DNA of 64,000 nt from an uncultured Planctomycetales bacterium (lineage in GTDB: Bacteria; Omnitrophota; Gorgyraeia; Zapsychrales; Aceulaceae): positions 112,128 to 176,127 of the forward strand of contig CAZYOA010000001.1 in the NCBI GenBank assembly GCA_964648665.1. The letters run 5' to 3'. The notes under the pieces are model-generated. The model saw only the letters and a list, made by a program, of their open reading frames with translations, did no database searches and had not been told where the DNA came from. Positions within the stretch are counted from its first letter, which is position 1, and the number at the start of each line of letters is the position of its first letter. The translations under genes were made by a program, and so were the position numbers. This document shows positions 56,367-64,000 of the stretch, one piece after another.

Positions 56367-57368
56367 ATGAATAAAAAGAAAAACGAACTTCAAGATCAAA
56401 AATTTAAATTAATTTTCGAGCATTCTCCAATTTCAATATGGGAAGAAGATCTGTCATGTTTTATTAAGCTCAAAGATGATCTTAAAAAGCAGGGCGTTCT
56501 AAATTATCAAAAATATCTACTTCAGCATCCACGCATTGCGGCAAAAGCATTTCAGGGAATCAAAATTTGTGACGTTAACAGAGCAGCATTAAAGCTTTAC
56601 GGGGCAGAAACTAAAAAAGAACTTATAAATCGATTTGGGACAAGTTTAACTAAAGAAGATGTTAAGGTTTTGATTGATGAATTTATTTCTTTGATAAGCG
56701 GTGAGAAAATTTTTGAAGCTGAGTTTTCAACTAAAGGTTCAAACGGGAAGCATTATGATTTATGGCTTCGCGTTGCTGTGCCTAACGAATATGAGAATAC
56801 GCTTTCTCGTGTTATTCTCACAATTGAAGATATCACTGAGCGAAAGAAACGAGAAAATTATCTTAAGCGTATCGCTCAGGAAGATAGCCTTACTGGACTC
56901 TTGAATCACAAGACAATCACAAAGCGCGTTGATGAGGAGCTTAATCGTTGTAAGCGATATAACACGCCTATGGCTTGTCTAATGCTTGATGTTGATTATT
57001 TTAAGCCAATCAATGATAATTTTGGTCATCAGATCGGCGATCGCATGCTTAAGCAGATTGGTGGGTTTTTAGATAAACTTTTAAGAAATACAGATCTTCT
57101 TGGCCGTTACGGAGGAGATGAATTTTTAATTATTTTAACTGGAACTGAGCAGTCTGGGGCTATTGTTGCTGCGGAACGTATTAGAGAGACAATTGCAAGT
57201 AAAGAATTTCAGCTAAACAATAAAAGTGTTATAAAAACAACGCTGAGTATTGGTGCGACATCATATCCAGCCAATCAAGCAAAAAATACCAAGGAATTTA
57301 TTCATTTTGCTGATAAAGCACTCTATCAGGCTAAAGCAGATGGTCGAAACTGTGTTTGCTTTGCTTGA
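56367..57368 (+). CDS. PAS-GGDEF diguanylate cyclase with intact active site and I-site
   Basis: RYGGDEFLIIL (GGDEF), with RNTD (RxxD) five residues upstream. N-terminal PAS-like region (FEHSPISIWEEDLS). Confidence 0.85.
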   Translation: MNKKKNELQDQKFKLIFEHSPISIWEEDLSCFIKLKDDLKKQGVLNYQKYLLQHPRIAAKAFQGIKICDVNRAALKLYGAETKKELINRFGTSLTKEDVKVLIDEFISLISGEKIFEAEFSTKGSNGKHYDLWLRVAVPNEYENTLSRVILTIEDITERKKRENYLKRIAQEDSLTGLLNHKTITKRVDEELNRCKRYNTPMACLMLDVDYFKPINDNFGHQIGDRMLKQIGGFLDKLLRNTDLLGRYGGDEFLIILTGTEQSGAIVAAERIRETIASKEFQLNNKSVIKTTLSIGATSYPANQAKNTKEFIHFADKALYQAKADGRNCVCFA

Positions 57369-57397
57369 GGTATGATATTTTTGAATATATATAAGCC

Positions 57398-57426
57398 TTG
57401 ACTATAATATATATAAATAGTATAAT
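57398..57426 (+). promoter_or_regulatory. Consensus-like promoter (TTGACT-17-TATAAT) for rpsO-pnp
   Basis: TTGACT at 57398-57403, 17-nt spacer, TATAAT at 57421-57426. Confidence 0.5.
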
Positions 57427-57474
57427 GACCAAAATTTAAATCAAGTTGAAAGTAAATAGAAGGAGGATAGGAAG

Positions 57475-57744
57475 TTGGCGTTATTGAAGGATAAGAAAAC
57501 AGAAGTAATAGACAATTTTAAAGTTCATGCGAAGGACACGGGATCTTCCGTGGTTCAGATTGCAATTTTAACTGAAAGAATTAATGATCTTGCAGGGCAT
57601 TTAAAAATCCATAAAAAGGATTTTCATTCCCGTCGAGGTCTTTTAGTGATGATTGGTGCCAGAAGACGTCATTTGGCTTATTTGAAGAAGACGAATTTTC
57701 AAAAATACGAAGAAACAATTAAGAGGCTTAATTTACGTAAGTGA
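57475..57744 (+). CDS. rpsO: 30S ribosomal protein S15
   Basis: 89 aa. DTGS..VQIA.LT.RI..L..HLK.HKKD.HSRRGLL..IG.RR. TTG start after AGGAGG. Confidence 0.9.
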   Translation: MALLKDKKTEVIDNFKVHAKDTGSSVVQIAILTERINDLAGHLKIHKKDFHSRRGLLVMIGARRRHLAYLKKTNFQKYEETIKRLNLRK

Positions 57745-57753
57745 GGTTAGTTA

Positions 57754-59853
57754 ATGAATATTGAACGTATCGAGGTTCCTTTTGGGGATCAAAATATTAT
57801 TATTGAGACTGGTAAATTAGCGAAGCAAGCTAATGGGGCTGTTACGGTGACATGCGGAGGAACTGTTGTTTTGGTTACGGCGTGTATGGCAAAAGAAGCG
57901 CGAGAAGACGCTGGCTTTTTCCCATTAACAGTAGAATACAAAGAAAGAACATATGCTGCTGGACGCATTCCAGGTGGATTTTTTAAACGGGAAGGACGTC
58001 CGTCTGAAAGCGAGATTTTAACTTCTCGAATTATTGACAGACCGATTCGACCGTTATTTCCAAAAGGATTTTTTAATAATGTTCAGGTTGTAGCGCTTGT
58101 TTTAAGTAGCGATGGTGAAAATGCGCCAGATATTCTTGCATTGATGGGGGCTTCTGTGGCTTTATCAATTTCAGATATTCCGTTTGAAGGACCGATTGGT
58201 TCTGTGCGAGTTGGATTGGTTGAAGATGAGCTTGTTTTAAATCCAACGAATTCACAGCGAGAAGAAAGTCCTCTTGATCTGATGATTGTTAGTTCTGAAG
58301 AGGGCGTGGTTATGATCGAAGGCGAATCATCAGAGGTTGCCGAAGACGTTATTGTTAAAGGTATTGCTTTTGGTGCTGAGAAGCTAAAGAATCTAATTGC
58401 AGTACAAAAAGAATTAATGCGTAGCATTGGAAAAGAAAAAACAGTTGTTAAGCTTGTAGAAATTAATCCTGGACTAGTTGCAAAGGTTCAAGAGCTTGCT
58501 TCTAAGAAAATTTCTGAATGTTATAAAATTGCTGACAAAGTAGAGCGACAGGCAGCTGTTGATAATTTAGCAAAAGAGCTGACTGAAGATTTATCTATTT
58601 TTGATGAGTTTAAACCTGAGAAAAAAGATCAAGTTGCGATTTCTGATATTAAAATGGCACTTGAACAAATCGAAGAAGAAGAATTACGACGAATTGCTTT
58701 AGAAGAAAATAGACGCATTGATGGCCGAGCGATGGATGAAGTTCGCGCTATTTCATGCGAAGTCAATGTTTTACCTCGAACACATGGTGCAGCGCTGTTT
58801 ACACGTGGACAAACGCAGAGCTTATCTGTTGTAACACTTGGAACGCGTAGTGATGAGCAAATGGTTGATGCATTAGAGGGAAAGACGAATAAGTCTTTTA
58901 TGTTGCATTACAATTTTCCATCATTTAGCGTTGGAGAAACACGTCCAATGCGAGGACCAGGACGTCGAGAAATTGGACATGGGGCCTTAGCTGAAAAAGC
59001 ATTGCGCTCAATTATGCCAAGTAAAGATGATTTTCCTTACACAGTCCGAATTGTTTCTGAGGTTTTAGAGTCAAACGGTTCTTCTAGCATGGCTACAGTT
59101 TGTGCTGGAACGCTTTGTTTGATGGATGCAGGTGTCCCGATCAAGGATCCTGTTGCTGGAATTTCTGTTGGACTTGTTACAGGTAAAGATAAAGAAATTT
59201 TGATGACTGATATTTTGGGAATCGAAGATCATTTTGGAGATATGGATTTTAAAGTTGCTGGTACACGCAAAGGTATCACGGCTATCCAGCTTGATCTTAA
59301 GATTAAAGGTGTCAGCGTTGAGTTGCTAATAAAGGCTATTGAGCAAGCTAGGCAGGCTCGTTTTGGAATTCTTGATAAAATGCATGCTGCATTGCCATCG
59401 TCTAGAGAATCTGTTTCTGACTATGCGCCTCAAATCATTGAACTTCATATTGATCCATCTAAGATTGGTGAGGTAATTGGACCAGGTGGTCGAGTTATTA
59501 AGAAAATTATTGCTGATACTGAAGCATCGATTGATATTGATGATACAGGAACCGTTCTGGTTTCATCGCCAAGCAAAGAGGCATGTGATAAAGCTGTTGA
59601 AATTATAAACGGCATTGTTGTTGAGCCTGAAATTGGTAGAATATACGATGCAGAAGTTAAGAAGATCATGAATTTTGGCGTCTTTTGTGAATTCTTACCT
59701 GGCAAAGACGGCTTGGTTCATGTTTCTGAATTATCAAGTGAATATATCAAAGACGTGGAATCTGCTGTTAAAGTCGGTGATAAGTTCAAAGTTAAAGTTA
59801 TTAAAATAGACGATCAAAAGAGAGTTAATTTAAGTAAAAAGCAAGCTGAATGA
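57754..59853 (+). CDS. pnp: Polyribonucleotide nucleotidyltransferase (PNPase)
   Basis: Two RNase PH domains, plus KH (GPGGRVIKKI) and S1 (FGVFCEFLPGKDGLVHVSEL) domains. 699 aa. Confidence 0.95.
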   Translation: MNIERIEVPFGDQNIIIETGKLAKQANGAVTVTCGGTVVLVTACMAKEAREDAGFFPLTVEYKERTYAAGRIPGGFFKREGRPSESEILTSRIIDRPIRPLFPKGFFNNVQVVALVLSSDGENAPDILALMGASVALSISDIPFEGPIGSVRVGLVEDELVLNPTNSQREESPLDLMIVSSEEGVVMIEGESSEVAEDVIVKGIAFGAEKLKNLIAVQKELMRSIGKEKTVVKLVEINPGLVAKVQELASKKISECYKIADKVERQAAVDNLAKELTEDLSIFDEFKPEKKDQVAISDIKMALEQIEEEELRRIALEENRRIDGRAMDEVRAISCEVNVLPRTHGAALFTRGQTQSLSVVTLGTRSDEQMVDALEGKTNKSFMLHYNFPSFSVGETRPMRGPGRREIGHGALAEKALRSIMPSKDDFPYTVRIVSEVLESNGSSSMATVCAGTLCLMDAGVPIKDPVAGISVGLVTGKDKEILMTDILGIEDHFGDMDFKVAGTRKGITAIQLDLKIKGVSVELLIKAIEQARQARFGILDKMHAALPSSRESVSDYAPQIIELHIDPSKIGEVIGPGGRVIKKIIADTEASIDIDDTGTVLVSSPSKEACDKAVEIINGIVVEPEIGRIYDAEVKKIMNFGVFCEFLPGKDGLVHVSELSSEYIKDVESAVKVGDKFKVKVIKIDDQKRVNLSKKQAE

Positions 59854-62081
59854 AGTCTCAGTATATCAACGAAATAAAGGGAGTCTTAATACTGGCTGTA
59901 GCTTTGATTCTCCTGGCCAGTTTAGTTTCATTCGACTCTGCGGATCTTTCGTGGTATACGGCACATCCAAACGTTCCAGCTCATAATCTTATTCAGATCT
60001 TCGGTGCTTATTTGGCCGGAGGTCTGTTGTTTGTTATCGGATATAGCGCATATTTTATTGCGCTTTTTTTATTGTTTTGGAGCTGGAATAAGTTTGCAAA
60101 TCGAGAAATGCAGCTTTCAGCTTCCAAGCTTGTTAGCTTTGGTGTTATTTTTATTGTTTTGAGTTCTTTGTTTAGTCTTCTTGGCCCACAAGCTGATAAC
60201 TTGTGTTTTGCCCGTTCGGGTATCACTGGAATATTCGTTTCAAATTTTCTTGTTAAATATTTTGGATTAGTTGGTTCCTATATCATCTTAGGTGCTCTTG
60301 CTATCTTAACTTCTATTGTTATTGGGGAGTTCCTGCTTTATCCTTTTATTTTAAAAGCGGTTGAAGGAGCAAAAGAGTTTGGGGCATTTTTGAAAGAAAA
60401 GATTAAAAAATCGAAGGAAAACAAAGAGCCAAGTTTAGCAGCTCGCCTTCAAGAAAAAGCACGAGCTAAAATGGCACAAGCAAAGAAAGCATTTGTAAAG
60501 TCTAAAGATGAAGATGACGAAGAAGAGTATGAAGAGGAAGATGGCGAGGAAAAAGAATTTTCATCAAAGTCTCGAAAACCGAGGATTCGTATTGCTAAGC
60601 CGGATTCGTTAAAAGCAGATACTTCAAAGGAGCAAGAACCTCAAGTTGCCGGTGAATACAACTTACCTACTTTAAATTTATTAAAAGATCCTCCTTCAGT
60701 GTCATCTGACAAAGCAGAAGAAGATCTATCTGAAGGCGCAAAAATTTTAGAAGAAACACTCGCGCAATTTGGTGTTGCTGTTCGCGTTGTTGATATTGAG
60801 CAAGGTCCAGTTATTACTCGCTATGAGCTTGAACCAGCACCTGGTGTGAAGGTTCAGAGGATTACAGCGCTTTCTGATAATATCTCTCTTGCTATGAAAG
60901 CCCAATCTATTCGTATTTTAGCGCCAATTCCAGGAAAAAACCGGGTTGGAATTGAAGTTCCAAATAGCTCCTCAACGATGGTATATCTTAAAGAAGTTTT
61001 AGCTAAAGGAGATTTTTTATCTTCTAAATATCGACTAGCTCTTGCTCTCGGAAAAGATACTGCTGGAAAATCTATGGTGGCTGATCTTGCAGACATGCCA
61101 CATCTTTTAGTTGCGGGAACAACAGGGTCTGGAAAAACAGTTTGTTTAAATGCTATTATTTTATCAATGCTTTTTAAATATGGTCCTGATCAAGTAAAGT
61201 TTTTAATGGTTGATCCTAAAATGGTTGAGTTGAGTCAGTACAATCCGATTCCTCATTGTTTGTGTCCTGCTGTGACAAATCCAAAGAAAGTAACAGCTGC
61301 TCTTCACTGGGTTGTTGGTGAGATGGAGTCGCGTTATTCTTCCCTTGCTAAAACAGGGTCGCGTAATATTGTCGATTATCATAAAAAAGGCAACGATATG
61401 CCGTATATTGTTGTTGTTATCGACGAGCTCGCGGATTTGATGCAAATTTGTCCAAAAGAAGTTGAAAGCGCAATTACTCGTTTGGCTCAATTATCGAGAG
61501 CTGTTGGAATTCATTTAATTTTAGCAACACAAAGACCGTCTGTTGATGTTATTACCGGTGTTATTAAAGCAAATTTTCCGGCACGTATTTCGTTTAAGGT
61601 TGCATCCAAAATTGATTCGCGTACTGTTTTAGATATGAATGGTGCTGAAAATTTAATCGGAAAAGGTGACATGCTATTTTTAAAGCCAGGCGAAGCAAAG
61701 CCTATCAGAGGGCAGTGTTGTTATATTTCAGATGATGAAATTTCGCGAGTTATTGATTTTATTAAAGTGCAGCAAGAACCTACTTATGATGATACAATAA
61801 TTGCAAAGCAAAAGAAATCTGCATCTGGCATTTCTGAGCAAAAAGATGAGCTTTATGATGATGCTGTTCGATTAGTTATTGAAACAAGTCAGGCATCAGT
61901 TTCAATTATACAAAGACGTATGCGTTTAGGCTATACGCGGGCAGCCAGACTTATTGACATGATGGAACAGGAGGGAATTGTTGGGTCTTATTGTGGAAGC
62001 AAACCTAGAGAGATTCTCGTAAATCGTGAAGAGTGGCTTAGGGATGATATGGAAAAGAATATGGAGAGTGAAGATGGATAA
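59850..62081 (+). CDS. ftsK: DNA translocase FtsK
   Basis: N-terminal TM helices, an acidic linker, the motor domain with Walker A (AGTTGSGKTV) and Walker B (VVVIDELADL), and a C-terminal gamma winged-helix (SVSIIQRRMRLGYTRAARLID). Confidence 0.9.
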   Translation: MKSQYINEIKGVLILAVALILLASLVSFDSADLSWYTAHPNVPAHNLIQIFGAYLAGGLLFVIGYSAYFIALFLLFWSWNKFANREMQLSASKLVSFGVIFIVLSSLFSLLGPQADNLCFARSGITGIFVSNFLVKYFGLVGSYIILGALAILTSIVIGEFLLYPFILKAVEGAKEFGAFLKEKIKKSKENKEPSLAARLQEKARAKMAQAKKAFVKSKDEDDEEEYEEEDGEEKEFSSKSRKPRIRIAKPDSLKADTSKEQEPQVAGEYNLPTLNLLKDPPSVSSDKAEEDLSEGAKILEETLAQFGVAVRVVDIEQGPVITRYELEPAPGVKVQRITALSDNISLAMKAQSIRILAPIPGKNRVGIEVPNSSSTMVYLKEVLAKGDFLSSKYRLALALGKDTAGKSMVADLADMPHLLVAGTTGSGKTVCLNAIILSMLFKYGPDQVKFLMVDPKMVELSQYNPIPHCLCPAVTNPKKVTAALHWVVGEMESRYSSLAKTGSRNIVDYHKKGNDMPYIVVVIDELADLMQICPKEVESAITRLAQLSRAVGIHLILATQRPSVDVITGVIKANFPARISFKVASKIDSRTVLDMNGAENLIGKGDMLFLKPGEAKPIRGQCCYISDDEISRVIDFIKVQQEPTYDDTIIAKQKKSASGISEQKDELYDDAVRLVIETSQASVSIIQRRMRLGYTRAARLIDMMEQEGIVGSYCGSKPREILVNREEWLRDDMEKNMESEDG

Positions 62082-62871
62082 TCGTGCTCAAAAAGGATTG
62101 ATTTTAAAGCAGGCTCGTGAGTCAAAGGGAATCGCCCTTGAAACTATTCATGAGGCGACAAAGATTCCTCTCGATGCTCTCAAGGCTATTGAAGAGGGGT
62201 ATCGAGTTCGTACGATGACAGATTTTTATTATCGTGCATTTATTAAGCTTTATGCAAAATATTTAGAAATTGAAATCACCACAGTATTAGAAGATTATAA
62301 GCCAGAAGAATTACCTGAGCCAACTTCTTTTCATAAGGGTAGAACATTTTGGGAAGACGAAAAATTGCCAATGTTGTCTCCAGATGTTGTTCGTAATATC
62401 GTGAGAGTTGTTGTGGTAGTATTTGGAATTTTTATTATCGTTCGAATTGGTGGTTGTATTTTTAATCGAAAGCCAAATGATAGTTCGAAGAGGATAGAAA
62501 AGGCAAGAGAAGTTAAGAAATCTAAAAAGAAAATAGTTCGAACTGTTGCTTTAAAGCCAGCTGTTAAGAAGGAAGAGGCGAAACAACAAAATGTTCAAGC
62601 GGATCTTGAAAAGAAAGTTAATCTTGTTGTTCGAGCAAAGAAACGAATATGGCTTCGCGTATCAACGGATGGAAGTGAAGTTTTTCGTTCCTCTTTGTCT
62701 AAGGGTGCGGTTGAATCCTGGAGCGCTAAAGAAAAGATTGAATTGTCTGGAAAGAATCTTAATGGTCTCGACCTTGAATTAAACGGAAAAGTTATTAGTT
62801 CATTGTCTAGTGGTGTTCGTAGAGCCCAAAAGATTATTATTACGCCTAACGGCTTTACTGTCGAAGAATAA
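62074..62871 (+). CDS. RodZ-like cytoskeleton-associated protein (HTH, TM, DUF4115-like C-terminus)
   Basis: N-terminal XRE-type HTH (LKQARESKGIALETIHEATKIPLDALKAIEEG), one TM segment, and a C-terminal W.RV..DG......L..G pattern. Start set to Met at 62074. Confidence 0.65.
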   Translation: MDNRAQKGLILKQARESKGIALETIHEATKIPLDALKAIEEGYRVRTMTDFYYRAFIKLYAKYLEIEITTVLEDYKPEELPEPTSFHKGRTFWEDEKLPMLSPDVVRNIVRVVVVVFGIFIIVRIGGCIFNRKPNDSSKRIEKAREVKKSKKKIVRTVALKPAVKKEEAKQQNVQADLEKKVNLVVRAKKRIWLRVSTDGSEVFRSSLSKGAVESWSAKEKIELSGKNLNGLDLELNGKVISSLSSGVRRAQKIIITPNGFTVEE

Positions 62872-62884
62872 CAAAAGCTTTATT

Positions 62885-64000
62885 GTGCAATCCTCTAAAA
62901 TTTCCATTTTTGATCAAATTCCAAAATCATCAAGTATAAGATTGATTAATTTAGGTTGTGCTCGTAATTTAGCAGATGCACAATTAATTTTAGGACGACT
63001 GAAGAAAAAAGGTCATCGAATTACTAGTCGTTCTAAGGCTGATGTTGTTATTTTAAATACATGTGCTTTTATTGAAAGTGCGAAGAAAGAAACAATTGAT
63101 TTTATTCTTGATTTGATTGCCTTAAAGAAAAAAGGAACAATTAAAAAGATTGCGGTTATTGGTTGTTTTTCTGAAAGGTATCCAAAAGAGTTAAAAAAAG
63201 AATTTAAAGAAATTGATTTTATTGATGGAATCCTTCCTCTGGAGAAGGATGAAAAAGAAAGCAAAGTTTTTCTGACGCCAAAATCTTTTGCGTATTTAAA
63301 AATTTGTGAAAGTTGTTATAACCTTTGTCATTTTTGTGTTATTCCAAAAATTAAAGGAAAGTTTAAATCTCGGTCTATGGTTTCGATTAGCGATGAAGCA
63401 AAAGTTCTTGATCGAAAGGGATTTCTAGAAGTTGATATTATTGGTCAGGACATTACAGCTTACGGTATTGATCTTTATAAGCATAAAGCGCTTGTTGAGC
63501 TATTAGAAGGTTTAGTTGCTAAAACAAGTTGCATCAAATGGTTTCGGCTTTTGTATTTGTATCCTGCGCATATTACCGACGAGCTTCTTAGTTTTATGGC
63601 GGCTCACTCACGTATTTGTAAATATCTAGATATTCCTCTTCAGCATATTAATGATCAAGTTCTAAAAAGAATGAATAGAAATTTTTCAAAGAAAAAGATT
63701 ATTTCTCTGATAAAGAAGATTAGAAAAAAGATGCCAGAGTGCTGTATTCGTACTTCTTTTATTGTTGGATATCCAGGAGAGACTCAAGTTCAGTTTGATG
63801 AGTTGTGTTTATTTGTTAAAACAATACGATTTGATAGACTTGGTGTTTTTAAATATTCTAAAGAAAAGGGAACAAAAGCTGCGTGTGAGCAAAATCAAGT
63901 TTCTGAGTTGATTAAACAAGCTAGATATGATATTTTAATGAAAATTCAGCAAAAGATTTCAACGGTTAAACTTAAGAAATTTATTGGAAAGAAGATTTTT
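62885..64000 (+). CDS. rimO: Ribosomal protein S12 methylthiotransferase RimO-like radical SAM enzyme (3' end outside the window)
   Basis: Not in the ORF track because there is no stop in the window. My translation from GTG 62885 is VQSSKISIF...IRLINLGCARNLADAQLILGRL (MTTase N-domain), with radical SAM Cys triad CESCYNLCHFCVIP and then GYPGET. MiaB is the main alternative. Confidence 0.7.
   Translation, partial: MQSSKISIFDQIPKSSSIRLINLGCARNLADAQLILGRLKKKGHRITSRSKADVVILNTCAFIESAKKETIDFILDLIALKKKGTIKKIAVIGCFSERYPKELKKEFKEIDFIDGILPLEKDEKESKVFLTPKSFAYLKICESCYNLCHFCVIPKIKGKFKSRSMVSISDEAKVLDRKGFLEVDIIGQDITAYGIDLYKHKALVELLEGLVAKTSCIKWFRLLYLYPAHITDELLSFMAAHSRICKYLDIPLQHINDQVLKRMNRNFSKKKIISLIKKIRKKMPECCIRTSFIVGYPGETQVQFDELCLFVKTIRFDRLGVFKYSKEKGTKAACEQNQVSELIKQARYDILMKIQQKISTVKLKKFIGKKIF

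Noticed and set aside
1-64000. A scan for CRISPR arrays, tRNA or rRNA genes, transposases, integrases and long nucleotide-level direct or inverted repeats.
   Set aside because: None seen by eye. The intergenic regions are short, and the only repeated DNA noticed is the promoter 12-mer and the diverged head regions of the two giant genes. A proper tRNAscan or Infernal run would be needed to exclude small RNAs formally.

Overview
AT-rich, very gene-dense bacterial chromosomal window. Almost all genes are on the + strand and many are translationally coupled through ATGA or TAATG overlaps. Lineage is only a guess: the style fits an uncultivated, small-genome group such as Omnitrophota-like bacteria. 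Most of the window is recognisable housekeeping: folD (3' end), polA, glgA, coaE, rho, rpmE, prfA, prmC, murA, trpGDCF, trpBA, M16 and M20 peptidases, rsfS, argS, recJ, rpmB (- strand), a UvrD-type helicase-nuclease, a two-component cluster, csoR, nadA, nifS, nifU, ychF, gpmI, rpsO, pnp, ftsK, a rodZ-like gene and rimO (5' part). I found no rRNA, tRNA, CRISPR array or transposase. The standout is a pair of giant secreted paralogs, 2397 aa (15983-23176) and 2479 aa (28872-36311). They share a signal peptide, a ~315-aa N-terminal head and a ~55-aa C-terminal tail starting SSN(L/I)GGI, but their ~2000-aa middles are unrelated, and I cannot place head or tail in any characterised family. The first giant is built from many modules punctuated by a recurring S-S-N-[LIM] motif. 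About 360 nt upstream of it lies a ~200-nt structured RNA (15369-15567) that matches the c-di-GMP-I (GEMM-I) riboswitch architecture and has its own promoter and intrinsic terminator. An HD-GYP phosphodiesterase and a PAS-GGDEF cyclase are also encoded in the window. The first giant and its neighbours sit between trpF and trpB, splitting the trp operon, and no trpE is present. Other points of interest are a CsoR repressor with a perfect palindromic operator in its own promoter followed by a secreted Cys-rich metallothionein-like peptide, a degenerate FCP1/HAD-like module inside the second giant, and an oxidoreductase-like protein that has lost both GxGxxG motifs.
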